DNA from: Macrostomum lignano
Taxonomy: Eukaryota
Length of the DNA stretch: 64,000 bases
Assembly: GCA_002269645.1 (NCBI GenBank)
Contig: NIVC01000847.1
Location: 62,001 to 126,000, forward strand
Direction: 5' to 3'
A model generated the notes under the pieces. That model had not been told where the DNA came from. It searched no databases and saw only the letters and a list, made by a program, of their open reading frames with translations. The first letter of the stretch is position 1. Each line of letters starts with the position of its first letter. The translations under genes were made by a program, and so were the position numbers. Shown here one piece after another: positions 51,479-63,384 of the stretch.

Positions 51479-53930
51479 CTGTCAGTAGGTTACTTGTCAC
51501 TGTTCAACTAAAATTTATCATAATTTAAGCTTGGTTGAAAGCAATTTCAATAGGCTTGGTTAATTTATTGGTGTTATTTTAGTATTATTAGCAAACCGCT
51601 GTCACATGTCCAAAATCTACATGTAGAGCATGCATGTACAATGAAGTCTATTCACCACTTTGATGTTGATGTATGGTATTATTCAGTACTTAAACTATTG
51701 TAGCTCGTAATACATGTACTGATCGAAAATCCCTGTTTTTCAGGTTTACTATTAGTATTACGATTAACTTTATGGTTTAAATTATTAGTTGCATATTAAT
51801 ACGTATTCAGTAAGCCTAATGTTTTAAATATTATTATTCAAATAATTTAGTGGTTCCTTTTTGAATGAATGATTTTTTACCTCCTGAGCTTCGAAGTTCC
51901 AAAAATAGTTTTGAACGAGGCTGCAGTAAAGTGATATATGAGTTCTAGTCTCCCCTTTCCTTCAGATCTTATGAGATTTTTGCCTTGACATTTATTACTG
52001 AGATTGATCAAGCTGAAATTGGAGCCTTGAAGTATACATATATAAATATTGTCTATGTTATTTATACACATAACTAGTCATTAAATCGCAATACGCTCGT
52101 ATTTCAATTTTTCCTCCTGCAAAGTTTTACTCTTACTTTGTTTATGCGTGTTTTTTAACTGCATCCTGCATCCATAAGTTAGCATTAGCATTAGAAGATA
52201 GTCTCAGTCATCGTCTGCGTGTCACTTTTGTTGCTTCATTTTTAATTAGTTCTTTTTTCCTGAGCTCATTAATCAATTTTATACATTAAATTACGAACAA
52301 TTAAATGTGATGTATCAATCACAGTAAAGTTTTCTGAAATCACATCCGGTATATTGCTAAATAAGTTTACGCTAAGGCAGTGTGTAAATAATTTATCTTA
52401 GCGGCTAACTTGAACAAAAGTGTGCATATATGGAGCTTCATGTATTTACATTTCGTGTTTAAGCATCTTAATCTCGACGATCCAGGAGTCCAAAATGTAC
52501 ATGCATACATGTACGTTCCTCGTCTTACAGGTAAGCTGCATGGGTAATCCGTATACATGTACATGTACACATGTATATCTGCGCTACAGCAAAAAGGCAT
52601 TCTTAAAAATTAATACACACTCATCAGTAGTCTAGGTTCTATATGGGCAGTCTAAATTTTTAGTTCATACAGGGAAAAGTGCATATTTTATATGCTATAA
52701 ACCCCTGTTATACTACAGTCGTCCTTAGTGTAAGTACATCAAATGTACGAAATTCCTACACGAATTTCACAGAGCTTTGTTAATGAATTGCTTGTTGCTT
52801 CTCTTCGAACCGTAATATACATAAGCTAGGATTCCGTAAAAAAGAAAAAATATATATCCAAAACAGCTGCAGAATTTGGCAATTGCCAATCGCGTTGCTT
52901 ACACTTGTCCGTGTATAGCAATACAATATGGCAAGATCAATCGAGAAGTCATGGTTCTTAAAAAGTCGTTAAAAAAGTAGCCGAAAAAGTATCGAAAACA
53001 TACATTATTAAGTTATGTTGTCTTGTTGCTAATTTACTGTAAAATTAGTAATAATGGTTAGATTACTTATTAACTGACATTTTAATTTGTTTTAACTTTT
53101 AATGAAAATAGTATAAATATACGTGTCTGAGCCCGCTCCTGTTGGGCGCCAAATTAATTTTTTTAGTCTTCAGTGATTCCCTGTCGCTTTGCATAAAAAT
53201 TGTGTACTTTTATGACAACCTTGAAGTAAAACTATATTTGTACTTTCTTTTAATTGTACACACATACAAATGATTTGTTCACAGGCTTTAAAATGCATTG
53301 AGTGTACCAAATGATATAATGTCTGTAAATATGAGGCGTGGAATTAAACCACATGGCGGTAAGTAGTATCACCCGGTTTTGAATGTATTTTCTATAAAAT
53401 TCTCCGAAGACCAAATATCTGTTTGTCTGTAGTAAATGTGTTTTATTTTTTATTCTCAAAATCCTACCCAAAATCTGTATTTTTTTTAAACAAACTTGTT
53501 TATCATGGGTTTAGTGACTCAGCAGCAAAGATTTTCTACACTATTTATATCAATTTATATATCTTTTTAATTTATTATTAAATTAAAAATTGTTTTAGAA
53601 CTTGTTTTAATCCATGATCAATATAACTTTAATTATTTTTATAATGCTTAAGCCTTAGGTTTCAAACCTCTTTGACAAAATAATTTTCAGTAGAAGTAAA
53701 TAATGGCAAAAAATACTTTTGCAATGACCATTCCATGGTCAAGAAGGTATACAATATGTTAATAAAGTAACAATTGTTGCAATATTCAAATTTTTCAATA
53801 TAATATATATCATTTGTCACATTCAAAAAAATGTTTTATGCTATTTGAATTGAATTGAATGTTTGAAAAAAGGGCAAGTACATGTTCACATATCACATTG
53901 TGTGAATTAACAAGATTTTACTTTATAGAC

Positions 53931-55256
53931 CAGCGGTTATCAACCTTTTTTAAGCAACCCAAATTTATTTACTTGCAACATTTTTTATGTTTGTGACCCT
54001 TTTTATAATCAATATAATGCATCATTAAGTAGAGCCCGACTGGGATAGAAAAAATCTACTTGGGCAGGATTGAATTCATAAAAGTCAGGACTTGGGATTG
54101 GTCGGGATCAGGATCAAGATCTACCATTGGAATCCAGGCTTATTTAGGTATAGGATAGCTAAAGATGCATTTATTATTATAATATATAGCTAGGCATGTG
54201 TAATAATTAGTATTATTAGTCAAGTGATAATTATATTACTATACTAGCCTAACCTTGTACTTATAGTGCTACTAGAGCATAGAGTCTAGACAACTCTGGT
54301 TTTGGTCAAGCTGAGTACTTGACTAAACTTTGGGAGTTCAAACTAAGTATTCAAGTCAAGTTTTATTGAGCAGTCAAATAGGGGGGGGCATAGCCTAGCA
54401 GTCTAGCGCAGGCTTTAGTGTGCCAGTGACCCAGGCTCAATTCCAAGTGCAGTCTCATTAATTTGGGGCTGAATTGGAATCTTGGCTTGGCTTTGCTTAT
54501 GCAATTAATGGCCTTGAGAGCCAACCTCCCCCCCCCCAAGGCACAGTGAAATATACATGCCTAATGATAAAAAAGTGAGTCTGTGCCTACATACATATCC
54601 ATGCACTTGTATGCCTGCTCAGGGGAATTAGCAAAATGGGCAGTAATGTCTCTCGTGGTTGTGTGTCACTTAATGTCAATGTCATTTAAAGTGTGCCAGG
54701 GTGCATACAACCCCCTGCTTCTAATAAAAAGAGCAGTCAAATAGAATGAAAATTTGGTACTCAGTAAATTTCAAACCTCAACCTATTTGACTATTGTCAT
54801 ATTTTTTGCAATAACTTTATAGTTTTCATTTTGTTAGTATTTCCAGTAATTATAGATAATTGAAATAACTTATTCATCTTTTTATCTTAAAAAGTGTTTA
54901 TCTTTTAGCATAAAATTGTGCTTTTCAATTACTTTTTGTTTGAGTAAGTTGATTGATTCATTTAAGTGAAGATATTCTAAGAAATCAGAATAATTTCAAA
55001 GGCTCAAACTAAATAAATGAATCAATTTGGCATATTTGCCTTAGTTAGTCCTTTCAAAATTGCTTCTAAATGATTTTTAAGATATACTTAAAATGTAAAA
55101 ACTTTTTATAATCCTGCCTGACTTTTCCTGACTCCTGACATTTACACCCAACATGGGTACTCACAATGACATACTCACATTTCTTAGTGCTGCAACCTCC
55201 AGAAAATGGTCACATGATCCCACTGGGGGTTGCAACCCACAGGTTGAAAACTACTG
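53931..55256. mobile_element. Non-autonomous hAT (Charlie/Buster-type) DNA transposon, 1326 bp
   Basis: TIRs CAGCGGTTATCAACCT and AGGTTGAAAACTACTG (13/16 match); perfect 8-bp TSD TTATAGAC at 53923-53930 and 55257-55264 with central TA; subterminal GGGGTTGCAACCCACAGGTTG. Confidence 0.88.
54382..54730 (+). mobile_element. tRNA-derived SINE nested in the hAT element
   Basis: A box-like TAGCCTAGCAG (54391), degenerate B box GGCTCAATTCC (54434), A-rich tail CTAATAAAAA; 13-14 bp TSD GAGCAGTCAAATA(G) at 54368 and 54731. Confidence 0.8.
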
Positions 55257-57594
55257 TTATAGACTATACATTATGCTACAATACATTATGCTAAGCGGCA
55301 TGCCATGTATGCTAAAAATTCCTTTGTATGCTATGCGCCATAATTTTGTGTGAAATATACTACTTTCTTGACTATAGTAACCATTTTGTCTAAAGCTGAC
55401 CATTTCAACAAAAGATTTGTTCCAAGCTTTAGTAAAGAGTTTTTATTGTTTTAAAAGAACGTTAAAAGAGAAATGATAGACTTTATAATAATAAAGACTA
55501 ATTTTATTGTGACATTTTTTGTTCTATCATAGTTTAATTCAGTTGTTTTATTAGGTGCCATTCTGTTATAGTAGGATTTCAAGTAAGGGTTTGTTTAGAA
55601 AAATTCCTCAAACAATTTTAGGACTAAAAAACCACACTGTTATATCCCTAATCTATCAATTGCATATCAATAGATTGCATGTATATAACATAGCTATTAG
55701 TACTTCATAAGTTTCTAAATTTTCTAACTGCAAATAATTTGCAGCAATGAATAATTTATTAAAAGCTTCAATCACCAAATATATATTTGGAATTATATAT
55801 GTAGCCTATCTTTTGCCAAAATGTATATCTATTTAACCAAAAAATTCACTTTTGCACCAAAAACTTCTTCACCAAAATGGGCTGCACACAATGTTTAGAT
55901 TCAGTTGTAACTTAATGATATTTAGTGTCAAATTGAAAAATTAATCATTTCAATGATTTTTGTATTAGAATCTTGAATTGAAGTAATTTGCAATCTAGAA
56001 AAAGGTCTTAAAAGTGAAATACACAATTTATATATTGATAAATTTAGTTATCTTTATAAAAACATGTTTAATGCTATGTATGCAATCTTTGTAATTATAA
56101 ACATTGTTTTCACTTTTTAACTTTTCTAATTGAAATTAAATATCAAAACCACTAGTCTGGTACTAACATTTCAAAATTGACAATTTAAAGCATTGTGTAA
56201 TATACTATATATGACATATATCAGTGTACATATACATAAAAATTGTTGATTTTTTAGGTAAATACAGAATATTCCAAACTATGGATTATATCAACCCACT
56301 TCAGCAAAGGGATTTTAGGCAAAAAACAATAATGGCATAAAATTAGTGTTTTGCCATAGCTATAGCTATAGGATCCTATGGCTAATATGGTTAAATAGTT
56401 GCCTACAGCAGCTATGGATATACCTATAGTAGATAGCTACTTCTATGGCTACGACTAAGGAAATATAATAATTATAGTCACATTCTATAGACTCCTATAG
56501 CTGTAGTTATAAATTTAAAAAATTAATAAATATTAGAAAGAGATAAAATGAAACAAAGATACTTAGTATAAACTGCATCATAGATTCAAAAGATTCAAAA
56601 ACTAAATCTAGATATTTACCTAGTCATTTCTATTGGCAACAGTCTTATTATATTAACTACTATGTTTAAATGCTGCATTTTGAAAAATAAGTTTAAATAG
56701 TAATAAAATGGCAACACTATTTTTAATAGTACTTAATAAAAAATATAATATTCTTTGATATATTAAAATATGAAATACTTTAATATGATAGCTAAATCAA
56801 ATATAATTCATAGTTAGTGCTATCTTTTTAGCTAAGACTTTAGCTACATAGCTGCTATTACTATATAAAGCACCTCAATAAGCTTTAATTGCATTGCATC
56901 TATGCTAGAAAAAAACCCATTCTGTAGCTATGATATGCCTGTAGTGCATTATGAAATAAGGTAACTCATTTGTCCAACCTTAAAAAGGTTTTCTTGTAAA
57001 TTTTCTAATATAAAAATATTGTATCTGCCATAAGTGGTGCCTATGATGCCTTAGTTCAGGGGTACCTAACCTACTATCAGCTGTGAGCCACATTAGACAG
57101 TAGCTAAGATATAAAAAATATAAGATCAGGGTGGGTATCTGCTATAAAAACAAAAACATTCAGTTTTGCTATATTTATGCTGTATTCAGCTTTGCAAGGT
57201 TTTTTGATTCAAAAGCATTAATTTTTCAAATACAGTTTTACTCAAAGCAAATAGTAAATTTCAAAGCTATCAAAATCATAGTGTCACATGGCATTTTGGG
57301 TCTGAATTCAAATTTCAAAATCAAATATGATAACCACATCTATATGTAAATTGCGTAAGTCTGCAGATTTTACATTTATAGGTTACTAAAAAAATTGAAA
57401 ATTAATAGTATTCTTAAAATGCCAAGGAGAAATATGATTTATAGACAATATGAAACTTTAACACGTTATGTGTTAAAAAATCTGAGAAATTAGAGTTGCT
57501 TACCTTATTGTACTATTGTAGACTTTATTACAAAGTTAATAATAATCCAAAGGTGACAAGGTTGAATACTTTGCATATTTAATTATAACATCAG

Positions 57595-58589
57595 GTGGCG
57601 GCAGCGGCGGCAGCTTTCACGCACTTGGCAGCAAATCTGGCGCCGCGACAGTTTCACCAGCGCCAGCAGCAGCAGCCGGCGGCGCCCCAGTTGTAGTCGG
57701 GCTGGCGCCATCCGGGGCGCCGCAGCTGGCTGGCCAGCGCCGGCCTGGCGCCAAGGAGGCCAGCTTCGAGTCGAACGCTTGGCCAGTGGATCCAACCGAG
57801 CTGGTTCGCTCAGTCGAACAGCTGGAATCTCGCGGCAGTACAGATGCCCGAGCTCAAGCTGAGATGCACCTGTGCGGAGCGCTTGTACAGTTGCGCTCGT
57901 GCAAGACTCGCCTACCGCCTATACTGACTGTGAGCCTGGCCTACCTGGCCAAGTCCAGGCCCACCAGCTTCACTCGGCCATTCATATTTGACGGTCTTTG
58001 CTCGTTCCTACGCAAGCGGGATCAGGTGTCCCGGCCGGCCGCTATGCTCTGCGTTGGCTTGTTAACTGCCGCTCTGCGCGACCAGGACGCCTGGCCGGAC
58101 TCAATCCTGCGGGCATTTGTTGAAGACTCGGTTGGCGATAGATTCTGGGTAGATCGGACCGACTGCCGCTGGCTGGTGCGCAATCTGGAGGCTTCGTTTC
58201 CCAATGCCACACCGGCTGATGCTTTGTTCACCTTTGGCGGCACACGAGGCAACGCTACTAAAGAGTTGCCGCAGACGCACACTAGCGTAAGCGTTGCCGC
58301 CACCGCCAGCGACGATGACTCGGCCCAGAGCGGCAGCAGCGGCGTTCAAGATGGCCAGCAGCAGCAACAGCCAGCAATTCAACCGCGCTACGCTAAGAAG
58401 CCGCACTGGCTAGAAGAGCTAGTTGTTGTCTGCGTCAAAGACGCTTTGCAGAAACGCGGCCAGGCTACATCTAGCGAAGCTGCTCAACGGGCCGTCATCC
58501 GGCTGATGACTGTGGCGGCTGGCTATTCAGAGATTCGATTGATGGCTGCCAACCGGTTGGAGATGTGGTTGCAGCTGGCTAAGTTACAG
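57595..58589 (+). CDS. INTS1: Integrator complex subunit 1, first identifiable coding exon
   Basis: Acceptor ATAACATCAG|; GGSFHALGSK, LCGALVQL...SLAYLAKSRP, WPDSILRAFVEDSVGDRFWVDRTDC, RLEMWLQ recall INTS1 N-terminal motifs (GDFIALGSK, LCGAVKQL, WPEIFVKVYIEDSLGERIWVD); donor CAG|GCGAGT. Start-codon exon not securely found. Confidence 0.9.
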
Positions 58590-58639
58590 GCGAGTCTGCG
58601 AGATTTCACCTGCTCGCATTTGGGATTTGTTACACCTGT

Positions 58640-59115
58640 GTTTAACCAGTGGGGTATTGGGATCTGTGCGTATAATCTAGGGTGTATTGGAATATGTAGG
58701 GTGTATTGGGATCTGTGCGTCTAATCTAGGGTGTATTGGAATATGTAGGGTGTATTGGGATCTGTGCGTCTAATCTAGGGTGTATTGGGATCTGTACACC
58801 TGCGTCTAATCTGGGGTATTGAGATCTGTACACATGTGTCTAATCTGGGGTGTATTGGGATCTGTGCACCTGTGTCTAATCTGGAGTGTATTGGGATCTG
58901 TACACCTGTGTCTAATCTGGAGTGTATTGGGATCTGTACACCTGTGTCTAATCTGGGGTGTATTGGGATCTGTACACCTGTGTCTAATCTGGGGTGTATT
59001 GGGATCTGTACACCTGTGTCTAATCTAGGGTGTATTGGGATCTGTACACCTGTGTCTAATCTGGGGTGTGTTGGGATCTGTACACCTGTGTCTAATCTAA
59101 GGTGTATTGGGATCT
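58640..59115. repeat. 36-bp minisatellite (CTGTGTCTAATCTGGGGTGTATTGGGATCTGTACAC), INTS1 GC-AG intron
   Basis: Tandem units; same unit as 61580-62900. Confidence 0.95.
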
Positions 59116-59247
59116 GCACGGTTGTGTCATCAGACATCAGAGTCACGTGAAATGCTAATTGCACATTCTTGTCAAAAGATAAACATTTGAACAAATTATT
59201 TAATTAATTAAAAAATGATAAAACATCTCGAACTGCAATTTATCCAG

Positions 59248-59723
59248 GCCGAAGCCATGGACCTGCTCACAGCTGTCTGCTGCAACTGCACAGCCCTAGC
59301 CGGCTCCCGCGACTGCGAAGTGGTCTCTAGGCTAGTTGACAAGCTGCGCTTCAAATCGCATAAAGCTGTATTCGCGCATTATTTGCAATGCCTTCGTATG
59401 CTGGTGTCAAAGCATCCGGATAATTTGCGCGCGGTGCTGGCTACTGTAGTTGCTAACGAGCTTAGTTCGGGCGTACGCAATCCCAATAATGCAGCCGTAT
59501 TGGTGGCCCTGCACACACACACTAGTAAGGACGCGTGTCGGGCACTGGCTGCGATATTCCGCGATCTGCTTGTACAGGACACCGGGCGGCATCAGCTGCG
59601 TTGCCTGTTGCGCGATCTCTATAGGCATTTGAAGGCCGATATTAGTCTGCCGGCATTTGCCAAGTCGCTACTGCTGCCTCCGGATTCTAGGGTGGCGTCT
59701 CTGCCGTTGGAGCATCGCAGGCA
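59248..59723 (+). CDS. INTS1: INTS1 exon
   Basis: Acceptor TTTATCCAG|GCC; AEAMDLLTAVCCNC...NELSSGVRNPNN...LAAIFRDLL...LLRDL; donor GGCA|GTGAGT, phase 2. Confidence 0.9.
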
Positions 59724-59779
59724 GTGAGTTCTGGAAGAGGCAGAGTAGGCAGTGTAGTTTTTTAAGGCGCAGTTGGTGT

Positions 59780-60720
59780 TGTGGTGTCTCTGAGAAACCT
59801 GGTGGTGTTGTGGGCTCTCTGAAGAACCTGGTGGTCGTGTGGTTATCTGAGAAACCTGGTGGTGGTGTGGGTTCTCTGAAGAACCTGATAGTGGTGCGCG
59901 TTCTCTGAGGAACCTGGTGGTGGTGTGGGTTCTCTGAAGAACCTGATAGTGGTGTGGTTATCTGAGAAACCTGGTGGTGATGGGGGTTCTCTGAGAAACC
60001 TGGTGGTGTTGTGCGCTCTCTGAAGAACCTGGTGGTCGTGTGGTTATCTGAGAAACCTGGTGGTGGTGTGGGTTCTCTGAAGAACCTGGTGGTGGTGTGG
60101 GTTCTCTGAAGAACCTGGTGGTGGTGTGGGTTCTCTGAGAAACCTAGTGGTGGTGTGGGTTCTCTGAGAAACCTGGTGGTGGTGTGGGTTCTCTGAAGAA
60201 CCTGATAGTGGTGCGCGTTCTCTGAGCAACCTGGTGGTGGTGTGGGTTCTCTGAAGAACCTGATAGTGGTGTGGTTATCTGAGAAACCTGGTGGTGGTGT
60301 GGGTTCTCTGAAGAACCTGATAGTGGTGCGTGTTCTCTGAGGAACCTGGTGGCGGTGTGGGTTCTCTGAAGAACCTGGTGGTGGTGTGGGTTCTCTGAGG
60401 AACCTGGTGGTGGTGTGGGTTCTCTGAAGAACCTGGTGGTGGTGTGGGTTCTCTGAAGAACCTGGTGGTGGTGTGGGTTCTCTGAGAAACCTAGTGGTGG
60501 TGTGGGTTCTCTGAAGAACCTGGTGGTGGTGTGGGTTCTCTGAAGAACCTGGTGGTGGTGTGGGTTCTCTGAGAAACCTAGTGGTGGTGTGGGTTCTCTG
60601 AAGAACCTGATAGTGGTGCGCGTTCTCTGAGGAACCTTGTGTTGGTGTGGGTTCTCTGAAGAACCTGATAGTGGTGCGCGTTCTCTGAGGAACCTGGTGG
60701 TGGTGTGGGTTCTCTGAGGT
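59780..60720. repeat. 29-bp minisatellite (CTCTGAAGAACCTGGTGGTGGTGTGGGTT), INTS1 intron
   Basis: Tandem units, period 29. Confidence 0.95.
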
Positions 60721-60852
60721 GACAGAGGACAGGTAGATGATATTGTGGTCTGGGTCTGGCGGGTGTTAAGTGCTATTAAGGGCCGTCTCATTCAACTGCT
60801 TAAGATTTTGCTCTGTATTTCAACGTTCAACCCATCCACCGTCGACTCCCAG

Positions 60853-61546
60853 ATACGCTGAGAGCCTTCTAGACCTGCTCTGCGTCTGCCAGATGGTCAG
60901 CGCCGCCCAGCCGGCAGTGCGTGAGGCTGTCGCGCGCAGACGAGAGTCGGACGAGCCAGCGCCGGCCCTCACTCGCACTACGCCACCGTGGCCAAGCTGC
61001 ACCGCCTAGCCCTGCACTGGCTAGCTGTCGGGCTGCCCAATCTGCTTCCAAAAGATCAACTGCCGCCGTCCCTGCTTAGCCTGTTCGCCAGGCGGGCCTG
61101 CTTCCTGCCGGTGCCCGACCCTGCTCCGCCGGAGACTCCGCCAGCCAGCTGGGACCATCCGGCAGACCACTGGCCACCTGAGCAGGACAGGCAGCTGGTG
61201 CTGCGGCTCTGCTCCGAGGTGCCGCTGCACAGCGATACCATTACAGCCGCACTGCGCCTGGGCATCGACCGGCTGGTACAGCCGACGTTCGAAGCTCTTA
61301 ACCTGGCCTCCGACTTGGTGTTCCGTTCCGCCGCTGCGCTGGTCTCGTCCGACTGCTGTCCGGCTCCGGCCGGGCCCGACGTTGCTCAGAGCCTGTTCGA
61401 TGCCTGCATCTATCAGCAGCCGGACGATCGGCTGTTGGCTGGCGGCTCCGCGTTCGCCTCCGCCCCGGCTTATTGGTCTGCATCGCTGGCGCTGGTCTTT
61501 CTGGCCGCCTTTAATCCGATACGTTGGGCCGGCTGGTCTGGGATAG
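60853..61546 (+). CDS. INTS1: INTS1 exon with two apparent 1-nt deletions (about 60972 and 61518)
   Basis: Acceptor CTCCCAG|A, phase 2; YAESLLDLL...VREA, frame change, HWPPEQDRQLVLRLCSEVPL...YWSASLALVFLAAFNP, second frame change to (D)TLGRLVWDR; donor ATAG|GTGCGT. Confidence 0.85.
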
Positions 61547-61579
61547 GTGCGTGCATTTACTTCTGATTGTGCTGTTGTC

Positions 61580-62900
61580 ATCGGTGCACCTGTGTCTTAT
61601 CTGGGGTGTATTGGGATCTGTGCACCTGTGTCTAATCTGGGGTGTATTGGGATCTGTACACCTGTGTCTAATCTGGGGTGTATTGGGATCTGTACACCTG
61701 TGTCTAATCTGGGGTGTGTTGGGATCTGTACACCTGTGTCTTATCTGGGGTGTATTGGGATCTGTGCACCTGTGTCTAATCTGGGGTGTATTGGGATCTG
61801 TACACCTGTGTCTAATCTGGGGTGTATTGGGATCTGTACACCTGTGTCTAATCTGAGGTGTGTTGGGATCTGTACACCTGTGTCTAATCTGGGGTGTGTT
61901 GGGATCTGTACACCTGTGTCTAATCTGGGGTGTATTGGGATCTGTACACCTGTGTCTAATCTGGAGTGTATTGGGATCTGTACACCTGTGTCTAATCTGG
62001 GGTGTGTTGGGATCTGTACACCTGTGTCTAATCTGGGGTGTGTTGGGATCTGTACACCTGTGTCTAATCTGGGGTGTATTGGGATCTGTACACCTGTGTC
62101 TAATCTGGAGTGTATTGGGATCTGTACACCTGTGTATAATCTGGGGTGTATTGGGATCTGTACACCTGTGTCTAATCTGGGGTGTATTGGGATCTGTACA
62201 CCTGTGTCTAATCTGGAGTGTATTGGGATCTGTACACCTGTGTCTAATCTGGGGTGTGTTGGGATCTGTACACCTGTGTCTAATCTGGGGTGTATTGGGA
62301 TCTGTACACCTGTGTCTAATCTGGGGTGTGTTGGGATCTGTACACCTGTGTCTAATCTGGGGTGTGTTGGGATCTGTACACCTGTGTCTAATCTGGGGTG
62401 TATTGGGATCTGTACACCTGTGTCTAATCTGGGGTGTGTTGGGATCTGTACACCTGTGTCTAATCTGGGGTGTATTGGGATCTGTACACCTGTGTCTAAT
62501 CTGGGGTGTATTGGGATCTGTACACCTGTGTCTAATCTGGGGTGTATTGGGATCTGTACACCTGTGTCTAATCTGGAGTGTATTGGGATCTGTACACCTG
62601 TGTCTAATCTGAGGTGTGTTGGGATCTGTACACCTGTGTCTAATCTGGGGTGTGTTGGGATCTGTACACCTGTGTCTAATCTGGGGTGTATTGGGATCTG
62701 TACACCTGTGTCTAATCTGGGGTGTATTGGGATCTGTACACCTGTGTCTAATCTGGGGTGTATTGGGATCTGTACACCTGTGTCTAATCTGGGGTGTATT
62801 GGGATCTGTACACCTGTGTCTAATCTGGGGTGTATTGGGATCTGTACACCTGTGTCTAATCTGGGGTGTATTGGGATCTGTACACCTGTGTCTAATCTAG
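61580..62900. repeat. 36-bp minisatellite (same unit as 58640-59115), INTS1 intron
   Basis: Highly homogeneous tandem units. Confidence 0.96.
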
Positions 62901-63015
62901 GGCGTAATCTAGTGTGTAATATCCTAGTAGCATAAGTGTTTTCCGCACTGCATGGGATCGTTGCTAAGTACTTACCGATGGTAACTTGAATCTGACCTGT
63001 TGCCGAACCATGCAG

Positions 63016-63372
63016 GTACCCAACAGTGCGCTGCCTACTAGAGATGGTGATGACCTGTATGTACGAGTTCCCTTGTCAGTCTCTGCTCCTCCGCGAGGGC
63101 CTCAGCGCCGATGCCGTTCGAATGCGCGAATTGCGCGCTCTTGAAGCTGAGAAAACTGGCGTTGTTAGACTGGAGATGCAGCTGGCTGGCACCGACATCA
63201 CGAGGCCAGCTCTAGGCTGCTCGGCTGGCTGATGGACTGCGCGCCCTGCGGACCAGCCAGGCAGCCACCCGCCTGGGCTATTGACCAGCTGCGCAAGCTC
63301 AATGCACAGTACGGCATTGGATTGCGTCTGTGCCGGTCCAGAGATCCCGACTTCCTGTTGGATCTTATACAG
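63016..63372 (+). CDS. INTS1: INTS1 exon with one apparent 1-nt deletion (about 63202); gene continues beyond window
   Basis: Acceptor CCATGCAG|G; YPTVRCLLEMVMT...RELRALEAEK, frame change, (E)ASSRLL...LRLCRSRDPDFLLDLIQ; donor CAG|GTAAGT at 63373. Confidence 0.88.
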
Positions 63373-63384
63373 GTAAGTTGTTAG

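Noticed and set aside
60921-60946. A 26-nt GT-AG micro-intron that would repair the first INTS1 frameshift
   Set aside because: Too short, and it would remove the conserved VREA (VKEA) residues; a 1-nt loss explains the alignment better.
61547-62935. 462-aa Cys-rich repeat protein (CTPVSNLGCIGI)n
   Set aside because: 36-bp minisatellite lying between INTS1 splice sites.
60972-63202. Programmed -1 ribosomal frameshifting in INTS1
   Set aside because: No X XXY YYZ slippery heptamers at the three sites; three independent programmed shifts in one gene are implausible.
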